Shown: one piece after another, positions 35,538 through 44,423 of the stretch
Layout of the letters: every line of letters starts with the position of its first letter
Position numbering within the stretch: the first letter of the stretch is position 1
Source of the DNA: an uncultured Acidimicrobiia bacterium
GTDB lineage: Bacteria; Acidobacteriota; Terriglobia; Versatilivoradales; Versatilivoraceae
NCBI GenBank assembly: GCA_963786955.1
Contig: CAWBAT010000005.1
Location: forward strand, 832,001-896,000
Reading direction: 5' to 3'
DNA length: 64,000 bases
The notes under the pieces: model-generated
What the model was told of the DNA's origin: nothing
Seen by the model: the letters and a program-made list of their open reading frames with translations, nothing else
Database searches by the model: none
Position numbers and translations under genes: made by a program

Positions 35538-36672
35538 GTGGTATGCGTCATAAATAACTTTACTTATATTACTGACTTGGCTATGATGTCGAGTCATGAG
35601 AATAGCCCCGATGATTTTCCTTTCGACCGAAGAACACTCTATTTTGGAAACCTGGGCACGGAGTCGAAGCATGCCTCTGCGAGTCGTTCAGCGGGCGCAG
35701 ATCATTCAGATGGCGGCTGAGGGTATGCAGAGTCAGGCTATCGCGCAGGCGCTGCGAGTATCTCGCCCTACGGTACAACTCTGGCGCCAGCGGTTTCTGG
35801 CGCTTCGGCTGGAAGGTCTGGAGAAGGATGCGCCGCGCCCCGGACGCTTTCCGAAAATTCCTGACCCAAAGATTCGAGCCGTCATAGAAGCAACGTTGCA
35901 TAGCAAACCGCCGAATGCGACGCACTGGAGCACCCGCACGATGGCAGCGGCTCAGGGGCTTAGTGAAGCCACCATCCGGCGGGTCTGGAAACAACATAAT
36001 CTGAAGCCCCACCTGACGAAGACCTTTAAGCTCAGCCGAGACAAACGGTTTATCGAGAAACTGCGTGACATTGTGGGCTTGTACCTGAATCCTCCCGATA
36101 AGTCGCTGGTGCTGTGCGTCGACGAGAAATCGCAGATTCAAGCCCTGGATCGAACTCAGCCGGGGTTGCCTTTGAAGAAGGGGCGTTGTGGCACCCTGAC
36201 TCACGATTACAAACGCCACGGCACCACGACGCTGTATGCCGCCCTGAGCCTGCTGGACGGCCGCGTGATCGGCGATTGTATGCCGAGGCATCGCCACCAG
36301 GAGTTCATTCGGTTTTTGAAGCGGATCGACTGCCAGACTCCCGATGAGCTGAACCTGCATCTGATCGTCGACAATTACGGAACACACAAACATCCCCGCG
36401 TAGTGTCCTGGCTTCGACGCCACCCCAGGTTTCATTTGCACTTTACTCCGACCTCGAGCTCTTGGCTGAATCTGGTAGAACGCTGGTTTCGCAATCTCAC
36501 GGAGAAACGCATTCGCCGCGGTTCTTTTGCCAGTGTTCCTGATTTGGTAGCCGTCATCGAAGACTACTTGCGGAAGCATAACGAAAAACCTCAGGTTTTC
36601 GTTTGGACAGCAACAGCTGACCAAATACTGGCCAAAGTCATCAAATGTAAAGAAGCGTTAGACGCACTACAC
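35538..36672 (+). mobile_element. IS630-family insertion sequence
   Basis: Imperfect terminal IRs (GTGGTATGCGTCATAAATAACTTTAC vs GTGTAGTGCGTCTAACGCTTCTTTAC), both ends in CTAG, TA duplicated at 35536-37 and 36673-74. Confidence 0.92.
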
Positions 36673-36675
36673 TAG
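35596..36675 (+). CDS. IS630 transposase
   Basis: HTH, VDEK, YKRHGT, IVDNYGTH, SWLNLVERWF DDE motifs. Confidence 0.95.
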   Translation: MRIAPMIFLSTEEHSILETWARSRSMPLRVVQRAQIIQMAAEGMQSQAIAQALRVSRPTVQLWRQRFLALRLEGLEKDAPRPGRFPKIPDPKIRAVIEATLHSKPPNATHWSTRTMAAAQGLSEATIRRVWKQHNLKPHLTKTFKLSRDKRFIEKLRDIVGLYLNPPDKSLVLCVDEKSQIQALDRTQPGLPLKKGRCGTLTHDYKRHGTTTLYAALSLLDGRVIGDCMPRHRHQEFIRFLKRIDCQTPDELNLHLIVDNYGTHKHPRVVSWLRRHPRFHLHFTPTSSSWLNLVERWFRNLTEKRIRRGSFASVPDLVAVIEDYLRKHNEKPQVFVWTATADQILAKVIKCKEALDALH

Positions 36676-37111
36676 TGAACACAAGCAGCGAGGAATCCTT
36701 TGACCATTGGATGTGTTCATTCCAGTCGATTGTCGGATCCGTGTTGTAGTCGGGTGAGAAGAAGAGAGTTGAGGTTTTCCATCCTGACTTGACCTGAATC
36801 AGAAAATTGAGATCGTATCCCTTACGCTTGATGAGAATTCCCGTCTTGGTGTGGTCTGGAGGCTCAAGGCGCTTTGAAACATCACGAATAATGGGCCCAA
36901 ACGGCCCTAAATAAGAAATGTAGAAGTAACCAAAAAGCAGGAGCCACGAAATGACAAAAGCCCCTCTCAATAGCCAAAGCAATATACGTTTCATTCTTAC
37001 ATCCTACAAACAGATGACTGACAGAGAAGTTCGCCCTGAAATCACGATTACGATCATGTTCGGCGGCGACACACGCTGGTCGGCTTCCGATGCAGCGAAA
37101 GAGCAGGTGTA

Positions 37112-37870
37112 TCAAGAACTGCGTTTATTGGCCGCGAAACGAAGACGGACATAATCGGCCGTCCATTGCCCATCTTCCCCGCACAACTCAGCGCATAAGG
37201 CTTCCTGCACTTCCATGATAAATTTCAGCCTCTCCGTCGGGGCCAGTGCAGAAGTAAAAGATTCGGCAAAGGTTTCCAGCCAGCCCGTGATGTTCCCGGG
37301 TAATGGGGTCGGGCGCGGGAAAAGGGCAATGGACGTTACTTCAAAGCCGCCGCATTCCAGACGCTCTTGATACTCTGCCACGGTCGGGAAATACCAAGGA
37401 TTCAGCTCATCAGCCTTGATTCCACGGCGCGACAGGGCCGCATCCAAGGCCGAGACGATCTTTGCCACGCAGCCGTGCCCGCCCATTTCGGCGACGAAAC
37501 GGCCCCCTGGTTTAAGTGTCCGCCGAACACCGGCGATCATAAGGTCTGTTCTTTTTATCCAATGAAGGACGGCGTTGCTGAAAACAGCGTCAAACTCCTG
37601 ATCGAACGGCAGAGCCTCCGCATCCATGACGAATGCCTGGATGCCCATTTGTCGGACAGCCTCCACCTGGGCCGCGCTGCTGTCGATCCCGACAACGTGG
37701 CAGCCCATCGAAGCTATCTTCTGGGTCAATACACCGTCCCCGCAACCAAAGTCGAGTATGCGTTCGCCCGGCTTGGGGTTCAGTAATTCGACCACGGGCA
37801 TGCCGAAATCCGAGACGAAACGAGCATTTTTGGAATAGCGTTCCGGATCCCACGTCTGGAAACTGGACAT
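37112..37870 (-). CDS. Class I SAM methyltransferase (Tam-like)
   Basis: WDPERY, ILDFGCGDG, FDAVFSNAVLHW, ADYVRLRF. Confidence 0.9.
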   Translation of the reverse strand: MSSFQTWDPERYSKNARFVSDFGMPVVELLNPKPGERILDFGCGDGVLTQKIASMGCHVVGIDSSAAQVEAVRQMGIQAFVMDAEALPFDQEFDAVFSNAVLHWIKRTDLMIAGVRRTLKPGGRFVAEMGGHGCVAKIVSALDAALSRRGIKADELNPWYFPTVAEYQERLECGGFEVTSIALFPRPTPLPGNITGWLETFAESFTSALAPTERLKFIMEVQEALCAELCGEDGQWTADYVRLRFAANKRSS

Positions 37871-37902
37871 ACAAATCACCTTGAGAGCGCAATTGTTGCA
37901 CA

Positions 37903-38694
37903 CTATAAGCGAATACCGGGGCTGAGTAAACCGATGAAGAGTAGTGCGACGATAGTGCCGGCCACACAACAACCAAAGCTGAAAGGCAGAGTATGACCGG
38001 CACAGGGTTCTTGCCTCGTTTGCTTCTCCACGAGTGATAGAAGAAAAGCCTGCCCAGCCATGGCCCCAAATCCGCTGCTTGCCCCTGAGCTGAGGATCAG
38101 TGAGGGGCCGATAGGGTTCAGAGCAGAGCCGAGAACAAACAACAATCCGCCAGCGATGTAGGTAGGAAGGAGTACGTGGGCTGATTCGTACTGTGAGATA
38201 AGGCCTCGTCGAACTAGAGAAACGATTTGACGGCTTGCACTCCAGATGACCAGCACGTAAAGCAAGATTCCCAGAAGACTCAGGAGCGTGCGCCAAAGCC
38301 AAGCGGGTTCCGTACCAGGAAAGACTACAGCCCAGTCTCACATGTTCAAGAGGCCTGAGAGTAGCAAGTATCCCGTTCCGTTGAACAAGTTCGTCGCGGC
38401 AAACACCCCAAGGAAGACACTCCAGGCGTTCCAAGCGTTGCGGCGACGAAATAAGATGTCCGCCATTACGCCGGCAACAATGTTAGCTACAGAACCTGCC
38501 GCCGCGACGAACCGACTGTTCGTATCCGTCTGCAGTGCGACGGTGCTCAAGGACAGGGCACGGACGTCGGGGGAGAGTGCACAGGCGAGCCCATGGCCAA
38601 GAAGCTCATGGACCATGTCACAGCCGGCATACGCTACGACCGCATTGGAAACCACAGTCGCCAAGCTGGAGGTTGAAGGTGTGGAGTCCGTCAT
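37903..38694 (-). CDS. Membrane protein with HExxH-like motif (M50-like), frameshifted
   Basis: VHELLGHG, VAAAGSVAN, multiple TM segments across two ORFs. Confidence 0.55.
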
Positions 38695-39107
38695 CGATTC
38701 TCATCAATTCCAAGCCTGTCCATACCACGGAATTTTGCTCCCATAATGGGAGCAAAGAGCATGAATAATAAGCCAAAGCCCATCAGTCCACCATGCGCGA
38801 GATTGAAATCCGAGAGCAGACGTTCTCGGGTGTAACCGAGGGAGACGCCCAGCCCAATCTCAAAAATGACTATGAGAACGACCCAGAGCCCGCCAACTTT
38901 AAATTGCTCTTTTCTGGTTTTTGCACCCATCCATCGCGCAGTGCGCCAGGAGATAACCAGAATTAAGCCCGAGCCGAAGAAGACACCGATCTGTCGTGCC
39001 AATAGATCTCCGATTACGGGTGCGATGAAGAGTTGCCGGACAGTCCCATTGACTGACTCAACGACGACGATCAAAAGCCAGACCGCAATCGCTCTGCGCC
39101 ACAACAT
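38691..39107 (-). CDS. Hypothetical 4-TM membrane protein
   Basis: Hydrophobic helices; 4-bp overlap with the downstream gene start. Confidence 0.7.
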   Translation of the reverse strand: MLWRRAIAVWLLIVVVESVNGTVRQLFIAPVIGDLLARQIGVFFGSGLILVISWRTARWMGAKTRKEQFKVGGLWVVLIVIFEIGLGVSLGYTRERLLSDFNLAHGGLMGFGLLFMLFAPIMGAKFRGMDRLGIDENR

Positions 39108-39224
39108 CGGGAACTCCTAATGTTGCGAAAGATGCGCGAACTAAGTAAAAGCCTGGGCGCGTCAGTCTGATCATGACTCCCCAGATTCTCAGACGCGACA
39201 TGAAAAATCTGGAAACTTAACCGG

Positions 39225-39427
39225 TATTTACAGGTCGCTCCTCCGGAGCTTTCAAAACCGATAGGACTTATTTACTACAAACGGGAGGCTCCTAACGGAG
39301 CCAACTGCTTGCTCACAGAGAAGGACAACCTAAATCCCCCTTGATAAAGCCGCGGCGCGGCGACCTGTTTATAGAAACCGAGATACATAAGGTTATTGAA
39401 CTCTACCAGGAGCGGCCCGTTTGCGAG
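39225..39427. repeat. Cluster of four REP-like palindromic units (two forward, two reverse)
   Basis: Shared unit approx. TAYAAACRGGNCGC-hairpin-GGAGCT at 39225-39250 and 39273-39302; reverse copies at 39348-39376 and 39399-39427. Confidence 0.7.
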
Positions 39428-39659
39428 TGTGCTGCGCCCAATCAACACACAAAGCGGAAAGAGGGCACATGGCATCGCTAGTCACAGTCGCCGTCGTTCG
39501 TCAGACAGAGGATTCCGCCCTCCACCACGACGCGTTGGCAGGCCGTTAGTCGATCTATGAATGCCTATCCCGGCTGTGATACAGTCCTGTATAGAGGCAG
39601 AGCATCTACCCGATCTCAGCGGCAAATGGCTACTTCTATGAAAAATTGTAGATTCCTTC

Positions 39660-40247
39660 TTAGGTCTTCAAAATGGCGATGGCTTCAATTTCAACTAAGA
39701 GATCCTCGCGACAGAGCCTCGCCTGGATGCCAGTGCTCGCTGGCAGGGGATCCAGCCCCAACCACCTGAAAAAAGCCGTTCGGACTTGGTTGAATTCCTT
39801 ATAATCCCGTTCAATATCTCGCAAATAGCAGCTGCAGCGCACGATATCCTTCCAGGTAGCCCCTTCGGATCTTAGCAACGTCGTAATATTGCGGTACGTT
39901 CTCCAGCATTGAGCCCGGAAGTCACCTGCATGAACCGTTCGGCCCAGCTCATCCACACTGGCTGTGCCGGAAATAAGCAACATGGAAAACCCGTTCAAAT
40001 CGACTCGCATGCCTCGTGTGAAGGAGGACGGGATAGGATAGTCGTAAGCCTCATTGAGTACGCTAGGCGCCTGTATTGCGCGTTTCGGCACCAGATCCGC
40101 TTCGGCTCGCCTTAGAGAAAGAGGAGGCGGTTGTAGTTCGCCCGTTGGAGAAAGGATACCGAGGGCGTTGAGTTCTTCCCGTTGCGCAGGGGAGAGTATT
40201 TCTGGGGCAAAGACGTCATCCACGACTTCCTTGATATTTTGAATCAT
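39660..40247 (-). CDS. Rid-superfamily protein resembling the FkbO/Hyg5 chorismatase C-terminal domain
   Basis: PSSFTRG, ISGTASV, HAGD...Q, YLR, LCREDLLVEIEA. Confidence 0.75.
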   Translation of the reverse strand: MIQNIKEVVDDVFAPEILSPAQREELNALGILSPTGELQPPPLSLRRAEADLVPKRAIQAPSVLNEAYDYPIPSSFTRGMRVDLNGFSMLLISGTASVDELGRTVHAGDFRAQCWRTYRNITTLLRSEGATWKDIVRCSCYLRDIERDYKEFNQVRTAFFRWLGLDPLPASTGIQARLCREDLLVEIEAIAILKT

Positions 40248-40410
40248 TGTGACACTCCTGATTGATAATTTAGAATGCAGTGACCGAGAATGATATTTCC
40301 TACTGCCTATGAAAAATGAAAAAGCCTGCGGATATTTAAAATGCGATGCTCGTAATTTCGATTGGTTAATAGGCCCTCATGACGATAAGTTTTTGGCTCC
40401 ATGTGCGGTT

Positions 40411-41301
40411 TCAGGCTAAGGCGGCCGAGGTTTTTCGCTCCATAAGATCCTCTTCTTCGGTCTTTCCCATTTTGTGAATCTTATTCATCAATTTCTGAAA
40501 GGTAGCCGGACGGATCGCCTGGTCGGGGTCGCATCGCAGCTGTGACCTGGGAGTGCGAGCACCCATGACCTCAATGAGCAGGCCATCCGCTCCAAACCCG
40601 AGAGCTGCTTGGGCGGCCCACGGCACCATGTCCGCACGGCCGGTAGCGTGACTCGGATCTACAATGACCGGGAGATAAGTGGCTTCACGAACCGCTTTGA
40701 CAACACTCAAATCCAAACAGAACCGGGAATACTCCCCTGCCCCGAAAGAACGGATTCCTCGCTCACACAGTACGATCTGCGTGTTCCCTTCCTTGGCGAT
40801 GTATTCAGCAGCGCAAAGCCATTCTTGCAGTGTTGCCGCCATGCCTCTCTTCAACAACACAGGCTTGCCGAGCTTTCCTAACTCCGTTAACAGTGGGAAA
40901 CACTGCATGTTGCGGGAACCTACTTGCAGCATATCCACATAGCGACCAACAAGCTCTACCAGCCTGACGTCGAGGACTTCTGTGACAACGGGCAACCCAG
41001 TTTGTTCCCGCACTGCAGCAAGGATTTTCAGTCCTTCTTCACCAAGCCCTTGAAAATCGTAAGGCGAGGTCCGTGGCTTGAAGGCGCCCCCACGCAGCAT
41101 CTGCGCCCCACAGCTCTTTACCTCCAAGGCGATTTCCAGAGTCTGTTCGAGACTTTCCACCGTACAAGGGCCGGCAATGACTGCGGGTTGGCGGCCTCCA
41201 AAAGCCACCCCGGCGACAGACACAACTTTGCTCGCAGTCCCTATGGAGTACTTGCAGTCCCCGTTGCGACTGACGATTCGGTAAGCATTATGATTAGCCA
41301 T
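40411..41301 (-). CDS. aroF: Type I-beta DAHP synthase without regulatory domain
   Basis: [46 protein letters not shown]. Confidence 0.92.
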   Translation of the reverse strand: MANHNAYRIVSRNGDCKYSIGTASKVVSVAGVAFGGRQPAVIAGPCTVESLEQTLEIALEVKSCGAQMLRGGAFKPRTSPYDFQGLGEEGLKILAAVREQTGLPVVTEVLDVRLVELVGRYVDMLQVGSRNMQCFPLLTELGKLGKPVLLKRGMAATLQEWLCAAEYIAKEGNTQIVLCERGIRSFGAGEYSRFCLDLSVVKAVREATYLPVIVDPSHATGRADMVPWAAQAALGFGADGLLIEVMGARTPRSQLRCDPDQAIRPATFQKLMNKIHKMGKTEEEDLMERKTSAALA

Positions 41302-41599
41302 TTGCTTTTTAGCGCCCTATCCGAGTAGTACGTGCAGTTACTGGTTCTATTACTTACATCTTCGTAATCCAAGAAGTGTCACAGTAATGTCAACAAGACA
41401 CCGATCTATTGACCAGGATGTAAATATTCTCTAGACTTGAGCAATATTGGAGGCATCGGAGGAGTTGTAGATTGGGACCCCGTTTAAGACCCTCGAAGTC
41501 TGACGAAGCAAGGATCAAAAGGGATGCAGAAGGATGCTCCGTAGGCAGCTCGACACCAATTGATCCGACTTGCTTTAATCGATAGGAGAGAAAAATACA

Positions 41600-42079
41600 A
41601 TGAGTTTTGGCAAGCAGATCCTAAGGCTACGAATTCAGTCAAAGAAAACCCAGCAGGAAATTTCCCAGTTGACAGGGTTGGCCGTTTCATATCTGTCTAG
41701 ATTAGAAAACAACCACGTGACTCCTTCCATTCGAACTCTCTCCAAGATCTCAAAAGCGTTGAGTGTGCCGACATCAGTCTTCTTCGATTCCGAACCGGTA
41801 CTGGAAGAAAGCGACCGCTGTCCTGTCAGTACCTCAGGACAGTGTATCCTCGATCAAATGTTGGTCGCTCGCGGACGAAAACCCAATGGACACGGGGAGG
41901 GTTATTCACCTCATCAGCTGGAAGTCCTTCGTCAATGCAATTTTTTGCTCCACGAAGGAGACCGAGAAATCGTCGCTTCTCTCTCTACGATGATTAAGTC
42001 TTTGCTCGCACTCTCGATCTCCAAGAGCCGGAAACATAAATCCCTCGGGGCAAAGTATTCGCCGACACAAGGAAGATAA
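41600..42079 (+). CDS. XRE-family HTH regulator with Cys-containing C-terminal domain
   Basis: TQQEISQLTGLAVSYLSRLENNHVTPSI; RCPVSTSGQC...QC. Confidence 0.85.
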   Translation: MSFGKQILRLRIQSKKTQQEISQLTGLAVSYLSRLENNHVTPSIRTLSKISKALSVPTSVFFDSEPVLEESDRCPVSTSGQCILDQMLVARGRKPNGHGEGYSPHQLEVLRQCNFLLHEGDREIVASLSTMIKSLLALSISKSRKHKSLGAKYSPTQGR

Positions 42080-42597
42080 TGACAGAGGCGTATCATTGCT
42101 CAAGACGTAAGATGTCATCCTACGTTTTCCACCGCAAATACCTCGCACCCACCTTGACTCAGGGATTTGCAAAAATTGCGATTCTGCGATTTAGCTGCTG
42201 CGATTCTATCGCAGACCTCTTGTGATCCTCGATGGACCAGCTTAACGCGCCTATCAATCGAGACTGCCCGTTTGGTAATGCAGACGCGAGAAAAAGCGCA
42301 TCAACCGGCGTCTCAGAACTTTGCATCTCAACCTAAGAGTATCAATCTGGACTGGAGAATATTTCGCGACCGCTGCGTCAATTGAGCCAGTCCCTCCCTT
42401 CGGTATCTCGCACGATACATTAGTGTGACATTCAGAATTCAAACTGAAGGACTTAGCCATGCATTCAGCGTGGCAATCTGAATGCTCATTAGGAATTCGA
42501 ATATTGGATTGAAGGGATTGGTGTGTTGAAGGACACGAAGAGATTGACCGGATCCTAGGGGGTCTTATGGTAGTGCCGGTCGTATACTAGAATTGGC

Positions 42598-42627
42598 GGC
42601 ATGAGTGGGCCAATATGCCCTTTTTTT
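42598..42627 (+). terminator. Possible intrinsic terminator upstream of the HZS-like operon
   Basis: GGCAT/ATGCC stem followed by C and T7; weak stem. Confidence 0.4.
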
Positions 42628-42785
42628 ATGTCCACCTGTCGCGATCAAAGACGTCCACATCACCACCGATTGCTGGATTTCTTGATGGTTCTTCCACCGT
42701 ATAGGGGTCTGTCCAAATAACATTCTGGAACCTTTTCTCTTCGATCCTCAGCCTTCGGCCGAATTGCGTCAGGGGGCAATCTGCC

Positions 42786-44423
42786 ATGAAATCACAACTT
42801 TTGCTTGCCCTCGGTCTGGCATTCTGTGTCCTTTTGGCCGCAGGGACTTCCCAGCTTCCTGTCTATTTGGATGTCACCAAACAGGCCGGAATTGAATTTG
42901 ACCATTGCCTGGGCGCCAAGAAGATCAGCAACATTGTGGAGGCCACAGGGTCCGGCGCCGCATGGGTAGACTTTGACAAGGACGGGTGGCTGGACCTTTA
43001 TCTCGTCAACGGGTGTTACCTCGAAGGGGTCAGCGATCCGCGATCCCCATACAAAGGGAAAAAAATCACGGACCATTTGTACCGGAATAATGGGAATGGG
43101 ACCTTTTCCGATGTCACCGAGAAAGCCGGCCTCGGTGGCAAAGAGGATGGTTACGGGATGGCCGTTCAGGTCGGCGACTATGACAATGATGGATACCCGG
43201 ACTTGTATGTGACCAACTTTGGAGGCAATGTTCTCTATCACAACAATGGCAATGGTACTTTTACTGACGTGACCGAAAGAGCGGGAGTCGCTTGCAAGGG
43301 CCACTGGACCACGGGGGCAGCGTTCCTGGACTATGATAAGGACGGACTCTTGGACCTCTTTGTGGGAATCTATATCAAATTTGATGCCAGCTACCGACTC
43401 TACTATGAAGCCGACGTTTATCCCGGCCCGCTGGCGTATCCGGCGCAAAAGAGTTTTCTCTTCCACAACAATGGCAACGGAACTTTCACCGACGTCACCC
43501 AAAAAGCCAAAGTAGACAAGGAAGGCCGCGCAATGGGGGCTCTCACGGTTGACTACGATGACGATGGTTACCCCGATTTTTTTGTAGCCAACGACGCCAC
43601 CCCCAATCATCTCTTTCACAATGATCACGACGGAACATTTTCTGAAGTGGGCTTGCATGCAGCCGTCGCTTTCGGCCAAAACGGTAATGCGGCTGCTTCC
43701 ATGGGGGGAGACTGGGGCGATTTCGATCGGGATGGCCGGCTCGATCTGATCGTTCCAGCCATGAGTTACAACGCCCTCTACCGAAACCTGGGCAGGGGGC
43801 TCTTTGAAGATGTCGCCGTAGAAGCCGGGTTGGCCATCATCAGCGGCCAGTATTGGTCATGGGGAGGCAAATTCATTGATTACGACAATGACGGATACCT
43901 GGATGTCATGGTGGTCAATGGTGATGGGCACCGACTCACTGATACTCAGGAAGCCATTCTGGCGAGGAATGTAGCCGGCAGTGGCGGGAGTCGTGTCTTT
44001 CAAGATGTAGCCGCGGATTCAGGAGAATTCTTCCATCAAAAAATGGTCGCCCGAGGACTCGCGCTCGGTGACTATGACAATGATGGGGACATCGACGCCT
44101 TGATCTGTAATATCAACCAACCCGTGATTCTGCTTCGCAACGAGGGAGGGAACAGGAACAACTGGCTGCAGCTCAGCCTACAGGGTCGTAAAAGTAATCG
44201 CGATGCATTAGGTACCAAGGTGACCGTTAGAGCTGGAACCCTGCTGCAGTACGATGAAATGAAGAATGGCACGAGCTATCTTTCCGCCAACGACCCACGC
44301 ATGCACTTCGGCCTCGGGCAGGCCACGAAGGTAGACGAGGTAACCGTAAAATGGCCAAGTGGGGTGACCCAAAAATTCAAGGATGTGAAAATCAATCAAG
44401 TGCTCAAGTTCGTCGAACCCTAA
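42786..44423 (+). CDS. Secreted FG-GAP/ASPIC-UnbV (CRTAC1-like) protein
   Basis: Signal peptide; repeated DxDxDGxxDL and LYRNNGNGTFSDVT; C-terminal HFGLG...VKWPSG. Confidence 0.92.
   Translation: MKSQLLLALGLAFCVLLAAGTSQLPVYLDVTKQAGIEFDHCLGAKKISNIVEATGSGAAWVDFDKDGWLDLYLVNGCYLEGVSDPRSPYKGKKITDHLYRNNGNGTFSDVTEKAGLGGKEDGYGMAVQVGDYDNDGYPDLYVTNFGGNVLYHNNGNGTFTDVTERAGVACKGHWTTGAAFLDYDKDGLLDLFVGIYIKFDASYRLYYEADVYPGPLAYPAQKSFLFHNNGNGTFTDVTQKAKVDKEGRAMGALTVDYDDDGYPDFFVANDATPNHLFHNDHDGTFSEVGLHAAVAFGQNGNAAASMGGDWGDFDRDGRLDLIVPAMSYNALYRNLGRGLFEDVAVEAGLAIISGQYWSWGGKFIDYDNDGYLDVMVVNGDGHRLTDTQEAILARNVAGSGGSRVFQDVAADSGEFFHQKMVARGLALGDYDNDGDIDALICNINQPVILLRNEGGNRNNWLQLSLQGRKSNRDALGTKVTVRAGTLLQYDEMKNGTSYLSANDPRMHFGLGQATKVDEVTVKWPSGVTQKFKDVKINQVLKFVEP

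Larger units (their letters stand above)
35417..36994 (-). pseudogene. 146-aa hypothetical exported/membrane-anchored protein interrupted by IS630
   Basis: Removing 35538-36672 plus one TA restores an open 441-nt frame (...WSKDSSLLVFT|SDAISPYFESKAWAFDF...RNSN*). Confidence 0.8.

Noticed and set aside
35581-36624. 347-aa antisense ORF over the transposase
   Set aside because: Shadow ORF of the IS630 transposase with no motifs of its own.
37112-38434. 440-aa methyltransferase fusion ORF
   Set aside because: The methyltransferase begins at MSSFQTW (37870); the upstream part overlaps the frameshifted membrane-protein gene in another frame.
42792-43679. Long antisense ORFs across the operon (also 48677-49456, 49931-50623, 27904-28608)
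   Set aside because: Typical reverse-strand shadows of codon-biased genes.
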